NCBI RefSeq assembly: GCF_963921235.1
Contig: NC_086097.1
Span: 166,782,001 to 166,846,000, forward strand
Reading direction: 5' to 3'
Source of the DNA: Mobula hypostoma
Lineage: Eukaryota
DNA length: 64,000 nt
Each line of letters opens with the position of its first letter. Within the stretch, counting starts at the first letter, position 1. The notes below the pieces were generated by a model. It did no database searches, had not been told where the DNA came from, and saw only the letters and a program-made list of their open reading frames with translations. The translations under genes were made by a program, and so were the position numbers. Below are positions 42,301-57,300 of this stretch, piece by piece.

Positions 42301-45300
42301 CTGACTCGGACCAATCCTGTTACTACTATCCAGATGTGTCGTAATTTCATCTTTTATAATTGACTCCAGCATCTTTCCCACCACCGACGTCAGGCTAACC
42401 GGTCTATAATTCCCCGTTTTCTCTCTTCCTCCCTTCTTGAAGAGATGGACAACATTAGCCACCCTCCAATCCACAGGAACTGATCCTGAATCTATAGAGC
42501 ATTGGAAAATGATTACCAATGCATCCACGATTTCTAAAGCCACCTCCTTAAGTACCCTGGGATGCAGACCATCAGATCCCGGGGACTTATCAGCCTTCAG
42601 ACCCAACAGCCTATCCAACACCATTTCCTGCCTAATATAAATTTCCTTCAATTCATCCATTACTCTAGGTCTTTTGGCCACTATTAGATCTGGGAGATTG
42701 CTTGTGTCTTCCCTAGTGAAGACAGATCCAAAGTACCTGTTCAACTCATCTGCCATTTCCTTGTTCCCCATAATAAATTCACCCGCTTCTGTCTTCAAGG
42801 GCCCAATTTTGGTCTTAACTATTTTTTTCCTTTTTACATACCTAAAGAAGCTTTTATTATCCTCCTTTATATTCTTGGCTAGATTTCTCTAATGAGGAAT
42901 TATAGCACCATTCCTTCATCATCATTGGAACTCCCTTCCCGCAAAATCACATCACATTCATCAGCAGGAGAAGGGCTGACCACAACCTTCTCAAGGGAAA
43001 TTATAGAGTCAATAATTCACATTCAATAAATTACGTAGCTATTAAAACGCACAATAAAATATTAAATGATAATTCTGTTTCTCTTTCCCCAGATACTACT
43101 TGATTCTTAGAGCATAGCTAGCATTTTCCATTTTAAGTACACTGTACAATTAGACATGTGACAAAGGGGCAGAGAGTGAAATTCAGGTATCAATTCCAAA
43201 ACAGTCATAAAGGTATCTTGTAATATTATTTTAGTTAAACAAACCTTTGAACCCAATTCAACACATGGTGTCTCCATCTTTTTCAGTACTCCAGATGGCT
43301 CAGGAAGTTCATCTTTAGTAAGGTCGAGACTCCAGATATATTGTAGGGTTAGCAGGATGTTTCCATAGAAGACCATGAATGGAGATGTGAGCATTGCATA
43401 TCGTCGACGGTCTCGCAACATCCACAGCACACATGACCAAATCAACAACACAAAAGTGAGCCAGCTATGGTAGGTAATACTCCAGGCCTAGATGAAAGCG
43501 ATAAGATGATTAAAAATTGTTCACATTTAAAATAAATTTCCCTCAGTGAACATACTGTCTAACTGAATATAACTGATAATGATTAAGGCTAAGATACACA
43601 GAATGTCAAATCTACAGTAGTTTGAGTGAGAAACTTTAGTATGAAACTAGAGTCCTGAACTTAAAGGAACAGTAATTAGTCAAAGTAAAACAAATTTGTA
43701 AAAGTACATATACATCTCCATATACTACTGTGAGATTTAGTTTTTTGCAGGCATTCGCAATAGATACAAAGAAACACAATGGAATCAATGAAAACGTTGG
43801 TTTGATTGGTTTGAGGGCAGAGTTGTACGGAGCGGGCTGGTAAAACGCATTCGGGTTTAACATCGTAAATGGACAGTGACAGATGATTAAGAAGATGATT
43901 TATCAGTCTCCAGAAAAGACACAGTGGAGAGGAAGAAAGGGTGCATAAGAAGGATACATTGGCTGCAGCTAAGGAGGATAGTGATGAGCAACCCAAGTGA
44001 AATGTTTGCAAAGTTGTGAAGATTAGTGACAGTTACAGGACTAAATACTTCATAGAAGGCAAAACAGGATGACCAAAAATATTATAAAGAGGGAAATGAT
44101 CTGTGTAGTAGTTTCCGGTTCCATAGAGTTGTAGAAGTAGATAGCAAGGAAATAACCCATTTGTTCCATCAGCTCCATGCCAATCATCGAGCATCTATAT
44201 GCACTAATTCTACACCTGTCTTATTTAACTCTTCTTTCATTCCCATCAACTCCCCAACTAACCTACAGACTCATTAACTTGCTCACGGCAAATGAACTTG
44301 CCCTCTCCAATATTCTTAGGATGTGGGAGGAAACCCAGGTGGTCTCAGGGAGAAGATACAAACTTCACAGAGACAGTACCTGAGCTTGAGATGGAACCTG
44401 TCTCATGGGAACTGTGACAAAGAACTCCATACCTATGTCACTGTTATATCCTCATATATTTCTGCAAGCAATGAATTGCATTTTTTGCATTTTTTTTCCT
44501 TTGGAACATGGCAACGGACATATTGAACTTTCCTACCTCTGTGTTCAAAACGTTTCAGTATTGCTGCTCCAGAGATTCAAAATGGTGGCCCCAAAATGTG
44601 CTGCTTTCAGGAACATTAGATTAACACCAGAAGTACAATTGTGTTATAAATGGGCAGGGTGCTGGTGAGGCCACATCGGGAGTACCATGCACAGTTCTGG
44701 TCCACTGGTCTAAGAAAGGATGTAGCTCTAATGAGATTCACTAGGGTAATTCCAGGAATGTGAGGGTTGTCCTATCAACACAGCACAAATAGTTTGGGTC
44801 TGTATTCTTTGGAGCTTAGAAAAATGAGGAATAATCTTATTTAAATATATATTGTAAGATCTTAAGGGTTTGGCAGGATAGAGGTTGAGATGCTTTTACA
44901 AGTTGAGAATCTTGTATAAAGTTTCAATTTAAGGGGACAGTTATTTAAAATAAAGCTACATAGAATTTTCTTTCATTACAGAGAATTCTCTTTCCCAGAA
45001 AATTAAGGAGGCTAGTTCCTTCCATGTATATTCTTATGTTCTTAGGATATGCAGCTCTGACGGAACTTGAACCAAGTTCCCCTGGAACCCTCCAAAACAT
45101 AGGGATCTGTGCAGGAACTGACATCCTGTCTTGTATTATGTGAAATTAGTTGTTTTGTGGCAGCAGTACAGTGCAAAGACATAAAATTACTATAAAGGAC
45201 AAAAAAGTGCACAATGAGGTAGTCTTCATGGGCTACTGGACTGTTCAGATATCTGATGATGGACATTAAAATTTCAGAATAATGTCAAATTACCTGGAAA

Positions 45301-48300
45301 CTATTTCATCATCTGTCATGACAGGAGACTGTAAAAAGACTACTGAAAGAAAATTCATCCATTGTATTATCCCAGGCAATTCTAATTGTGATGTTCCCAG
45401 CATTGCATTTTGGAAGAGCCACTGCAAGTACTGAAGAGGCAGAATGATAAAGGAATATCTAGCTCCCACCAGTAATGTTTAAAATGAGTTGCGTGCTTCA
45501 GAGGTCATGACATAGCAATCCATGATGGCTATCCTTGGATCACACTTTTTCTGCTAAATGATCACTGCAATCAATAGTCTGTAACTTCCCTTTCGGAGTT
45601 GAGCTTTTGAACCCCCTGTACAACCTGGCATTTTTTACAGTCTGGATGGTAGTGGCGCAACATGTATGGGCCAAACTGAGGCCTTGGGGTGCAGGCCTGA
45701 GAGTGAGGAATGAGCTAATGTATGGCCATTGAGGGATTGGAGTTGGAACTGATTTGAAGCGAGGATCTGAGGAGAGGCACAGTCAAGGTGGTGGGACCCA
45801 TGCCCAAGAGCGAGCAATGAGTCAACGTTTGATGAATTTCAACGCTGGGCCAGATTGGAAAGGTCAGGTACGAGTTGCATCAAAGTAGTGGGGCCCAGAT
45901 CCAAGAGCAGACTGAAGCACCGGAGCCGAGATCCGAGGGTGAGGAACGAACTGAGGTTCGGCTGATTTAAGCACCAGGCCAGATTGAAAAGGTTAGGGTG
46001 TCAGGAGCAGAGGCCCGTGTTCAGCTTGCTGCTTGTCTCTGCACTGAACAGCCAACAGGCTCTTGGATCAGCTATGACTGGCTTCGTGGCTGTGAACTCA
46101 CTTTTGTGACCCTCAGTTCTGAATGTTATTGCTTGCACAATTTGTTCATTTTTTTGCACATTGGATGTTTGCGGTCTTCTTTTTTAATGGGTTCTTTTGG
46201 GTTTCTTTGTTTTGTGGCTGCCTGTAAGGAGATGGATCTCAAGGTTGTATAATGTATACATACTTTGATAATACATGTACTTTGAACTTTGAGATGGATT
46301 AATACTAATGCTTCGAGTCTATTTCACCTCGGATCTGGTAATAACATTAACAATATCAATTTCCAAAAGGCTGCCCTCGGGATCATTAACAATCTCTGAG
46401 ACAGTTCTGAGTTTGCTTTTCATATCTTGGATCCAAACGTGGGAGTTAAGATTGCAGAATCACTCCAGCGAAGAGTTGGTGCATCATGACCCCCTCTACA
46501 TACTGTGCAGGACAAACTGCAGAAAGCTCTTCTTTTGAAAGTATTGTTTGGCTCTGGAAACATTTCCACATTACAACAATGCTAAGGCATAGTTGTGCTT
46601 AGCTAGTATTAACTTAGAGATTAATTGAGCATAGGAACTGGCTATATGGCCCAGTTCATCCATACGCACCTAAGTATCCACCATACTCTAAGTTGTTCAT
46701 GTTTGGCCCATATCTCTTTAAAACCTCTATTATCCATGTGCTTATCCAAATGTCTCTTAAATGATGTTATTTTACTTGCCATAACCACTTCCTCTGGTAG
46801 GTCATTTCATATACTGACCACATTGTGCAAAGAAATTGCTCCTCAGGTCCCTTCAGAATTTTCACCTCTCAACTTAAACCTATGCCTTCCAGATTTTAGC
46901 TTCCCCTTCCCTGGGTAAAAGACTAACACAGCTTTGATGAATGAAGAATCAGGCTCCCAGTTCGATCAACTCACCATCATGGCAATGAGTGCACAGATAT
47001 AACTCTGCTTCATAATGAAACGGAAAATAGTGATAAGGCTGTTGAGTCTGCTGTTAACTGGTTCTTCCACAATACTTTCTTCTTTCTCTTTGTCTAGCAA
47101 TAACAAACAAAAATATTTAATCAGTTAAGTCTGCCATAACCTGCCACAGATTTAATCAACAGAAGGGCCTCCCCTGGCACTGGATGACTCTGGAGACCAT
47201 AATGTACCTGAAGATAAACCATGCTAGTTTTAAATTACAGATACCAGCCTTCAACAAAGTAGCATATAATCTATGGGTATAGAATGACAACACAAATATA
47301 TACCTGAAATAATGGTAATTCTTTTCCCAATGCTTTAAAATCTTAAGCTAACAATGAAAAGAAGGAAGCTATTCAGCCCATCAAATTCATACTGGCTCCC
47401 TTGAGATTAATCCATTTGGCCCAACTCCTTATTTCCTCATACTTCTGAAAATTACTCTCCCTGGCACAGGCCCATCAACACCCTTTTGATTCCCTTTGCC
47501 ATTAATTCACACATTCACACAGATGTGATTTACATGTAAAGGGGTTTCGACTTTTATGTTACTGCGGAGGCTAATTAAAATGGTGTCTTTGTTATGTTAA
47601 TCTGGGGAATGCGGCTTTGTTGTGTTAAATGCTGAGAAAGTTTGTGCTAACAGTTTGTTTTTGCTTTAGTGTGTGATAAAAGAGTGCTATTAACCAATTG
47701 GGATAGTTGTTATGGTTTTGGTGTATTTGAAGATACTGTATGCGCGGGGTTTTGGGGGAGAAGGCGGGAGAGCGAGACAGAGGATGGACGAGGTGCTGTG
47801 AGTCCGCTAACGGGGTCAGACCCCGAGCGGGACATTCGGCGAGGAAACGGAGACGGACCCATGTGGAGCGTCTGGTCGACCACCGTTGTTGGTCCCAGGC
47901 GGCCGGTCGAGGGGGTCCGAGGGGGTCGCAGGGTGAAGAAGAAGGTCCTTGAGCTCCAATGGTTTTTGTGCACGAAGAGATTGAACTTTGATAAGTGTGG
48001 CGCCTTTTATTTTCCTTTTATATTTTATTCTCTTTTAATTATATAGTTCCAGTAATATCTATAAACTGTAAATCATTTAATTGCATCTGGTGTATTGTCT
48101 GTTATTTGGGCGGGGTGATATACCTCACACAGCATCCACACAAACAAATTATCCAGTTTGGCGGGGCCGAGGCTGTTTCCCTAGACGACAGCGAGCCGAG
48201 CGACCCTGAGGGTGGCTGGGGGGGGGGGCTACGTACAGTAGGCCGCTAACCCACCAACCCATCTTTTGGATGTGAGAGGAAACCGGAACACGCAGGGGAA

Positions 48301-51300
48301 AGACAGTGCGGTGGTCACAAGGGTGACGTACAAACTCCATGCGAAGAACACTGAGGTCAGAATTGAACCTGGGTCCCTGGAACAGTGAGATACAGCCATA
48401 CTCACTACACCACCCTGCCACCCAAAATTCCAGTGTGGGTTGAGGAACCTCTTTGATGTGGCAACAGGCTAATAGTGTCCAGCCATCTGGATGGAGGTAA
48501 ACCTGGATTTGTGTGGATCCAGAAACTTCTTTCACGCATGAAAGATTCTCTGGTAGAAGAATGGGAAAAGTAACATTTGAAGGTAATTTACTTTTTAAAA
48601 TTTCATGTCATGTTTTTTAAAGACCTTAGTTTAATATCTTTATTGATTGCTAATGTGTTACCAAAATATTGTGTATTTTTGAAACTTTTGAATGATATTA
48701 TTTTAAATAACTTACATTAGTTTTAGTCCTTATAAGCATCGTTGAATGTCAGGAACATTCAAAACTATGAAAAGAACTCACTGCTCTGCTGTGATACCAA
48801 ACCCTGCCCTTAGCATTGCCTTCTATCAAATTTGACTGCGGCATTCCACAATACGTTGCCCGATACCTAGTGCTCCTTTAGACTTGGCTTCCTAACTTGC
48901 TACTGTGGAGGTTTAATGAGACGGAGCCCTGGTGGAAGCAGGTGGGTGCCACTATATAGGGTAAAGGTGGACCAGACTCAGGGAGATCCGGTCAAATATT
49001 TATTTGGACCATAGAGACACAAAAATAATTATCTTGGATTTTCTGCAGGGGGAGAAAATAGCTGTTTTCATTACTTCCCATTTAGTTCAATGCATTAAAT
49101 TAGCAGTGCATAGGTGCACTATCTTTACTGCTCAATAGATATTAGAATTTGTTGCTTAAACCCCCTCAGGTTCAAGTGGAAGTTATTCTTGTAGAACTAT
49201 CACCCAGTATTACAACAGCGACAGTGAAAAACTCAATAATGAAGCTCAAGAAATCATATCCAAGATATCCTCCGCCCCATTACCTTAGTAGGTTATCATA
49301 TAGGACATATTTAACCAGGCCAACCATTCTAAATTTATATTAATCAGACAAAGCCATCCACTGCCTGAGTTGGATTCACTATGGGATACAAATCTCCCAA
49401 GACTACTGAAAATATTTGTTTGGTTCCATTCAACTGAGTTCACTTCAGACCAATTTTCACCCAGAACTAATTACCACTCTTGGGCTGACTGCTTGGAAAA
49501 TATAATAGAAATTCAATAGCACTCATCATTGAACTTACCAGGAGATACATTTCCCACCTCCCATTTGTATTGTGGAGTGGAGTACATCTCTAGTGAGACT
49601 GGACCATTTTCACCTTGCACTCCATTGTAGTCTGAAGGATTCCCATTCACTGTCATTATCAAGGACTGGAAGAAGAGGGAAACATTTCTTAGGAGACCAG
49701 TGAAGGAAGCCAAACATGCAGCCAACATTTCCTCTGAAATTTTGATTTGATTTTCAAATTCTATTGAATTCACTGTCACTTCTCTTACAGAAACATTAAA
49801 CTCAAGTAACCTCTGCTTCTTCTCTCCTATTGCTTCTTTTCCATTGCTCATCCTTAGTGCTTTTTGCTTTTCTTTTGGTCTTTGATAAAGTGTTGCCCTT
49901 TGTCCTATCCCTCCCTTCTCTATATCTTAAAACCAATTTGTATTCTCTTTTTTCTAGTTCGGGTAAAGAGTCTTTGACTAGAAATTTCAACTCTGTTTCA
50001 CTTTCCATACACACTGCCTCACCAGCATTTCATTTTTCAGATTTCCATCTTCTGTAGTGTTTATTCTCAAAAAAACAGTATCAGATATTTTCACACTGTT
50101 TTCCAAATTCCCTGTTTAAAAGAGCTTTCATAATTCAATGACATTACTAAGAGAGGAAAGAGCTGTTGATACTATACAGGGCATTGGTAAGGCCAAAATT
50201 GGAGTACTGTGTACAGTTCTGGTCACTGAATTATAGGAAAGATGTCAACAAAATAGAGAAAGTACAGAGAAGATTTATGAGAATGTTACCTGGGTTTCAT
50301 CACCTAAGTTACAGAGAAAGGTTGAACAATTTGGGACTTTATTCTTTGGCGTGTAGAAGGTTGAGGGGGGACTTGATAGAGGTGTTTAAAATTATGAGGG
50401 GGATAGATAGAGTTGATGTGGATAGGCTTTTTCCATTGAGAGTGGGGGAGATTCAAACAAGAGGACATGAGTTGAGAGTTAAAGGGCAAAAGTTTAGGGG
50501 TAACATGAGGGGGAACTTCTTTACTCAGAGAGTGGTAGCTGTGTGGAACGAGCTTCCAGCAGAAGTGGTTGAGGCAGGTTCGATGTTGTCGTTTAAAGTT
50601 AAAATGGATAGATATATGGACAGGAAAGGAATGGAGGGTTATGGGCTGAGTGCAGGTCAGTGGGACTAGGTGAGAGTAAGAGTTTGGCACGGACTAGAAG
50701 GGCCGACATGGCCGATTCTGTGCTGTAATTGTTATATGGAAAAAGCTACTGTTATAATTTTTATTGATGAATTTCTAATGGGGTAATTTGTTTCAGTTGA
50801 TACATTATAACAGATGACATACTGTATATATTGAGTATAAACATTGAGAGGTCATGTTGCAATTGTACAAGACTCTGATGAGGCCTTACTTAGAATACTG
50901 TGCTCAGTTTTGTTTGCACTGCTGCAGGAACAATGTTATTAAACTAGACAGAGTGCAGGAAAGATGAACAAGAATATCATCAGGATTTGAGGCACTGAGT
51001 TATAGTGAGAGGTTGGACAGGCTGGATGTTTATTCGTTGGAGTGTGGGAGACTGAGAGGTAATCTCCTGAGGGGTATAGACAGGCTGAGTGCACTTTTTC
51101 CCATGGTTGGGGAATCAAGACCTGGAGAGCATAGGTTTAAGATGAGAGGAGCAAAAATTAATAGGAACTTGATGGACAACCTACTTACAAAAAGCGTTGC
51201 AAGTATGTGGCTAAGACAGATATAATAACTACTTTTAAGACAGTTAGATTGGAATGGTTTTAAATGGTATGGGCTAAAGACTGGCAAATGGGATGAGCTT

Positions 51301-54300
51301 GGTTAATATGGACCAGTAGGGCTGGAGGGGCTGTTTCTATGCTGTAACCATGAATCTATGACTTTATTACACTAGTTATCGCAGCTATTGAAATTGCTCT
51401 CTAGAACCAAAAATAAGGAGGGAGTTAATTAGTTAGTCAAGTTGATCAGTAGGTCAGGCCACAGTTAATGCTTTGTGTCAAAGTCCATTTGTCAGAATTG
51501 AGTAGGAGACAAAAGAAGCTCATTAAGCTGAAAGAAGGATGGAGGGGTGGGGGGGGGGGTACCAAAGTGATGGGAACAAGCTGTAAATAGGACTACCTGA
51601 TCAACAAGTCAATGGGAGGAAGCAGTCAGGGAGTGAAGACATTGACAGAAAGGTATAGGAGTCTCAAAAGACGGAGCAGATGGAGATTTCCGGCAGGTCA
51701 GGCTGAACACATCTTGCATGCCCAGAGAACAAGGAAGAATAAAAAAAAACAAGCTGAACCAATATCACAGACAGATGACTGATACTGACCAGAAATCTAC
51801 CTGACATTGTACAATTCAATATTCAGTTCACAGAGCTGCAACATACCCAGATGGAAGATGACGTGCTGTTTCTCAAGCTTCCATTGGACTCTATTGTAGC
51901 AGCACAGGAAGTCATAGACTGATATTAGCTGAACTTGTTAGTCTACCCTTTCCCTTTCTCTTTTCTCTCTTTTTTGGGAATGAAGGATATGCCACGCTGA
52001 CCTACTGTTTACATCTTCCTGCTCTGCAAGTACAAGTTTAATTGTCATTCAGCCATACACATTTATACAGCTAAATGAAACAGTATTCAATGTGTCCGTA
52101 TTTCAGTGGAATAAAGGAAATTACAATGGCATGAGAGGGGAGCTGGCCGAAGTTGACTGGAAAGGGACATTTGCAGGAAGCACAGCAGAGCAGCAATGGC
52201 TGGAGTTTCTGCGAAAAATGAGGGAAGTGCAAGACAGATACATTCCAAATAATAAGAAATTTTCAAAGGGAAGAGAGGAAGCTGGCGACTAATATCAAAG
52301 AAGATACTAAAAGCTTTTTTAAGTATATAAAGGGTAAAAGAGAGTCGAGGGTAGATATAGGACCAACAGAAAATGACACTGGAGATATTGTAATGAGAAA
52401 TGCAGAGATGGCAGAGGAAATGAAAGCATATTTTACATCAATCTTCACAGTGGAAGATGTCTGCAGTATACCGGACATTCAAGAGTGTCAGGGAAGTGAA
52501 GTTTGTGCAGTGAAAATTACAACTGAGAAGGTGCTCAGGAAGTTTAATGGTCTGAGGGTGGATAAATCTCCTCGACTTGATGGAATGCACCTTTGGGTTT
52601 TGAAGGAAGTAGCTGGAGAGATTGCGGAGGCATTAATGATGATCTTTCAAGAATCGATAGATTCTGGCATTGTACCGGATGACTAGAAAATTGCAAATGT
52701 TACTACACTATTTAAGAAGGGTGGGAGGCATCAGAAAGGAAACTATAGACCTGTTAGCCTGACGTCAGTGGTTGGGAAGTTGTTGGAATCGATTCTTAGG
52801 GATGAGATTACAGAATACCTGGAGGCACATGACATGACAGGCCAAAGCCAGCATGGTTTCCTGAAAAGAAAATCCTGCCTGACAAACCTACTGCAATTCT
52901 TTGAGGAAATTCGGCAGGAGGAGAGAGAGCAGCACACCGTGTATGCGCAGCCCTCTGGTGAAAAATGATATCGTATCCGTTAAATAGGGGCCGTGGACAA
53001 TTCTGATTTGATGGAGAGGGACGTGAAAGCACAGAGGAACATTTGGAGAAATATCTGAAACGCTCGTTCGCTGCTGTCGTTACTGCGTGGTTGGGAATCT
53101 TTTGGAGGGTAGGCCTCAAAATCCCTGGCTTTGCCTGCTGTTGGCGACTGAGATTGAGGTCGAATCGTTCGGACAGAGATGGCGCTCAGTACTCGGTGTC
53201 GGAGAGCTGATCAGAGCTCAAAGTTTTCGGATGACTCAGAGTCGGACTGTAATCGGCATGGCAGGGAGAGTTCTTCCTTTTCCCGTCTGCGTGAGATGTG
53301 GGACATTTGAGAGACTTTGAACTTTTACTGTGCTCATGGACTTCTTCATCAAGTTATGGTATTGTTGCACTGTTGTAACTATATGTTATAATTATGTGGT
53401 TTTGTCAGTTTTTTTCAGTCTTGGTCTGTCCTGTGTTTTGTGGTATCACACCGGAGGAAATATTGCATCATTTCTTAATGCATGCATTACTAAGTGACAA
53501 TAAAAGAGGACTGCGTGTCTTCATAATCTAAATTACAAGCAGGGTAGACGAAGGAGATGCAGTAGGCATGGTGTACTTGGATCTTCAGAAGACCTTTGAC
53601 AAGTTGCCACACATGAGGCTGCTTAGCAAGATAAGAGCCCATGGAATTACAGGGAAGGTACTAGCGTGGGTGGTGCATTGGCTGGTTGGCAGAAAACAGA
53701 GAGTGAGAATAAAGGGATCCTATTCTGGCTGGCTGCCAGTTACCAGTGGAGTTCCAAGGGGGTCAGTGTTGTGACCGCTGCTTTTTACGATGTATGTCAA
53801 TGATTTGGACTATGGGATGAATGGATTTGTGGCTAAATTTGATGATGATACAAAGATGGGTGGAGGAGTGGGTAGTGTTTAGGAAACAGAGAGCCTGCAG
53901 AGAGACTTAGATTGTTTAGGGGAATGGGCAAAGAAGTGGCAAATGAAATACAATGTTGGGAAGTGTATGGTCACGCACTTTGGTGGAAGAAATAAATGGG
54001 CAGACTATTATTTAGTGCCACTATATGCACTGTATGGGGATAGAATTCAAAATGCAGAGATGCAAAGGGACATGGGAGTCCTCGTGCACGATACCCTAAA
54101 GGTTAACCTCCAGGTTGAGTCGGTTGTGAGGAAGGCAAATGCAATGTTGGCATTCATTTCTAGAGGTATAGAATATAAGAGCAGGAATGTGATGTTGAGG
54201 CTCTATAAGGTGCTCATGAGACCGTACTTGGAGTATTGTTTGCTGTTTCACGATCCTTATTTTAGAAAGGATATACTGACATTGTAGAAGGTTCAGAGAA

Positions 54301-57300
54301 AATTCACGACAATGTTTCCAGGAATGAAAGGGTTACCGTATGAGGAACATCTGGCAGCTCTTGGGCTGTATTCCCTGGAGTTCAGGAGAATGAGGGGGGA
54401 AGTCTCATAGAAAATTTCCGAATGTTAAAAGGCCTGAACAGATTAGAAATGGCAAAGTTATTTCCCATGGTAGGGGATTCTAGGACAAGAGGGCACAACT
54501 TCAGGATTGAAGGATGTCCTTTTAGAACTGAGACATGGAGAAATTACTTTAGTCAGCGGATGGTAAATCCGTGGAATTTGTTGCCACGAGCAGCTGTGAA
54601 GGCCAAGTCATTGGGTGTATTTAAGGCAGAGATAGATAGGTTCTTGTTTAGCCAGGGCATCAAAGGGTATGGGGTGAAGGTAGGGGAGTGGGGATGACTG
54701 GAAGAATTGGATCAGCCCATGATTGAATGGCAGCGTAGACTCAATGGGTCAAATGGCCTGCTTCTGCTCCTATATTGTATGGTCTCATATCATTCGTCTG
54801 GGGCCAGGGTGAAAAATACAGTGCATACAGTGGCACTAGAAACTTTGTGAACCCCATAGAATTTTCTCTATTCTGCATAATTATAACCTTAAATTTGATC
54901 AGATCGTCATACACATCCTAAAACTAGATAAAAAGAACCCAGTTAAATAATTAACACAATAAGCATTACACTTGTTCATTTGGAACTCAGCAGGGCAGGA
55001 AGCATCTATGGAAAAAAGTACAGTTGACGTTTCAGGCAGAAACCCTTTCGACTCGAAACATTGACTATTTTTTCCATAGATGATACCTGGCTGGCTGAGT
55101 TCCTCTAGCATTTTGTGAGTGTTGCTCAGATTTCCAGCATCTGCAGATTTTCTCTTGTTTTTGATACTTGTTCATTTATTGGAAAAAAATGTTCCAATAT
55201 TACATGTATTCATTGGAAAAAGTATGTGAACCTCTAGGGTAATGCCTTCTACAAAAGCTATTTGGAGTCAGATGCTCAAATCAATGAGATGAGATTAGAG
55301 ATGTGGGTTGTACAGGTGCCCTGCTCTACAAAAAAGACACACAAAGGTCAGATAACTGATAGAGCCTGCTCTTCTCAAGAAAGATCTTGCCTTAATCAAA
55401 ACAACTTTCAGAGGACCTTAGAAGAAGAATTGTAGAGGTGTATGAAGCTGGAAAAGGCTACCAAAGCATTCCTAAAGACCTGAGTGTTTATCAGTTCATA
55501 GTAAAAGAAATTGTCCATGAATGGAGGAAACTCAGTGCTGTTGTTACTCTCCCTGGGACTGGGCATCCTGCAAAGATCATACCAAGAGCACAATGTCCAA
55601 CGCTGAAAGAGGTGAAAAAATCCCCAGGGTAAAAGCAAAAGACTTACATTCACCTATAGAATTTGCTAAAGTCTTTGTTCATGTATCCACTGAAAAACAC
55701 TGAACAAGAATGGTGTTTGTGGAAGGACACCATGGAGGGAACCACTGCTCTCCAAACAAAAAACACTGCTGCACATCTCAAGTTTGCAAGAGACCATCTA
55801 GGTACTCTATAATGCTTCTAGGACAATGTTCTGTGGACTGATGAGAGAAAAGTTGAACTTTCTGGCAGAAATGCACATTGCTGTGTTTGGAGGAAAAGGG
55901 GCACTGCACACTAACACCAAAACCTCATCCTAACTGTGAAGCATGGTGGAACGAGCATCATGGTTTGGATCTGATTTGCTGCCTCAGGGCCTGGATAACT
56001 TGCAATATTGAGGAAACAATGAATTCAAAATTGTATCAAGACATTTTACAGGAGAATGTCAGAGTAGCAGTCCATCACCTGAAGCTCAGTAGAAGTTGGA
56101 TAATGCAACAAGGCAATGATTCAAAAGACAAGTGTAAATCAACAACAGAATGGTTTAAAAAGAAGAAAATTTGTGATCTGGAACGGCCGAGTCAAAGCCC
56201 TGACTTTAATCCTACAGAAAAGTTGTGGAAGGACCTGAAGCAAGCTGTTCATGCAAAGAAATCCACCAACATCCCAGAGTTGAAACAGTTTTGTAAGGAG
56301 GAATGGCCTAAAATTCTTCCAAGCCAATATGCAACTGTTATTGGAAATGTTTGGTTGAAGTAATTACTATATGGGGGGGGGGGGTGGTCACACCAGTTAC
56401 TCAAAAAGGTTCACATTCTTTTCCAACAAATGCATGTAATATTGGATCATTTTTCTCAATAAATAAATAAACAAGAATAATGTTTATTTATGGGGCAGAG
56501 TACTGACATGGATTGAAAATTGGCTGGCTATCAGAAAACAAAGAGTAGCGATTAATGGCTCCCTTTCGGAATGGCAGGTGGTGACCAGTGGGGTACTGCA
56601 GGGTTCAGTGCTGGGACTGCAGCTGTTTACAATATATATTAATGATTTAGATGAGGGAATTAAAAGTAACATTAGCAAATTTGCCGATGACACACAGCTG
56701 GGTGGCAGTGTGAAATGTGAGGAGGATGTTATGAGAATGCAGGGTGACTTGGACAGGTTGGGTGAGTGGGCAGATGCATGGCAGATGCAGTTTAATGTGG
56801 ATAAATGTGAGGTTATCCACTTTGGTGGTAAGAACGGGAAGGCAGATTATTATCTAAATGGAGTCAAGTTAGGAAAAGGGGAAGCACAACAAGATCTAGG
56901 TGTTCTTGTGCATCAGTCACTGAAAGCAAGCATGCAAGTACAGCAGGCAGTGAAGAAAGCTAATGGCATGCTGGCCTTCATAACAAGAGGAATTGCATAT
57001 AAGAGCAAAGAGGTCCTTCTGCAGCTTTACAGGGCCCTGGTGAGACCACACCTGGAGTACTGTGTGCAGTTTTGGTCTCCAAATTTGAGGGAGTGCAGCG
57101 TAGGTTCACCAGGTTAATTCCCGGGATGGCGGGACTGTCATATATTGAAAGATTGGAGCGACTGGGCTTGTATACTCTGGAATTTAGAAGGCTGAGAGGG
57201 GATCTTATTGAAACATATAAGCTTATTAAGGGATTGGACACGCTGCAGGCAGGAAGCATGTTCCCGCTGATGGGTGAGTCCAGGACCAGAGGCCACAGTT

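Larger units (their letters stand above)
40470..42890 (-). mobile_element. Young CR1 LINE, 5'-truncated, interrupted by a Penelope-derived insertion
   Basis: 375-aa RT ORF ([24 protein letters not shown]) plus 3' ORFs; tail ctattgtc repeats. Confidence 0.95.

Noticed and set aside
47669..48249. GC-rich ORFs as a gene or CpG-island promoter
   Set aside because: They lie inside the probable solo LTR and show no recognisable protein motif
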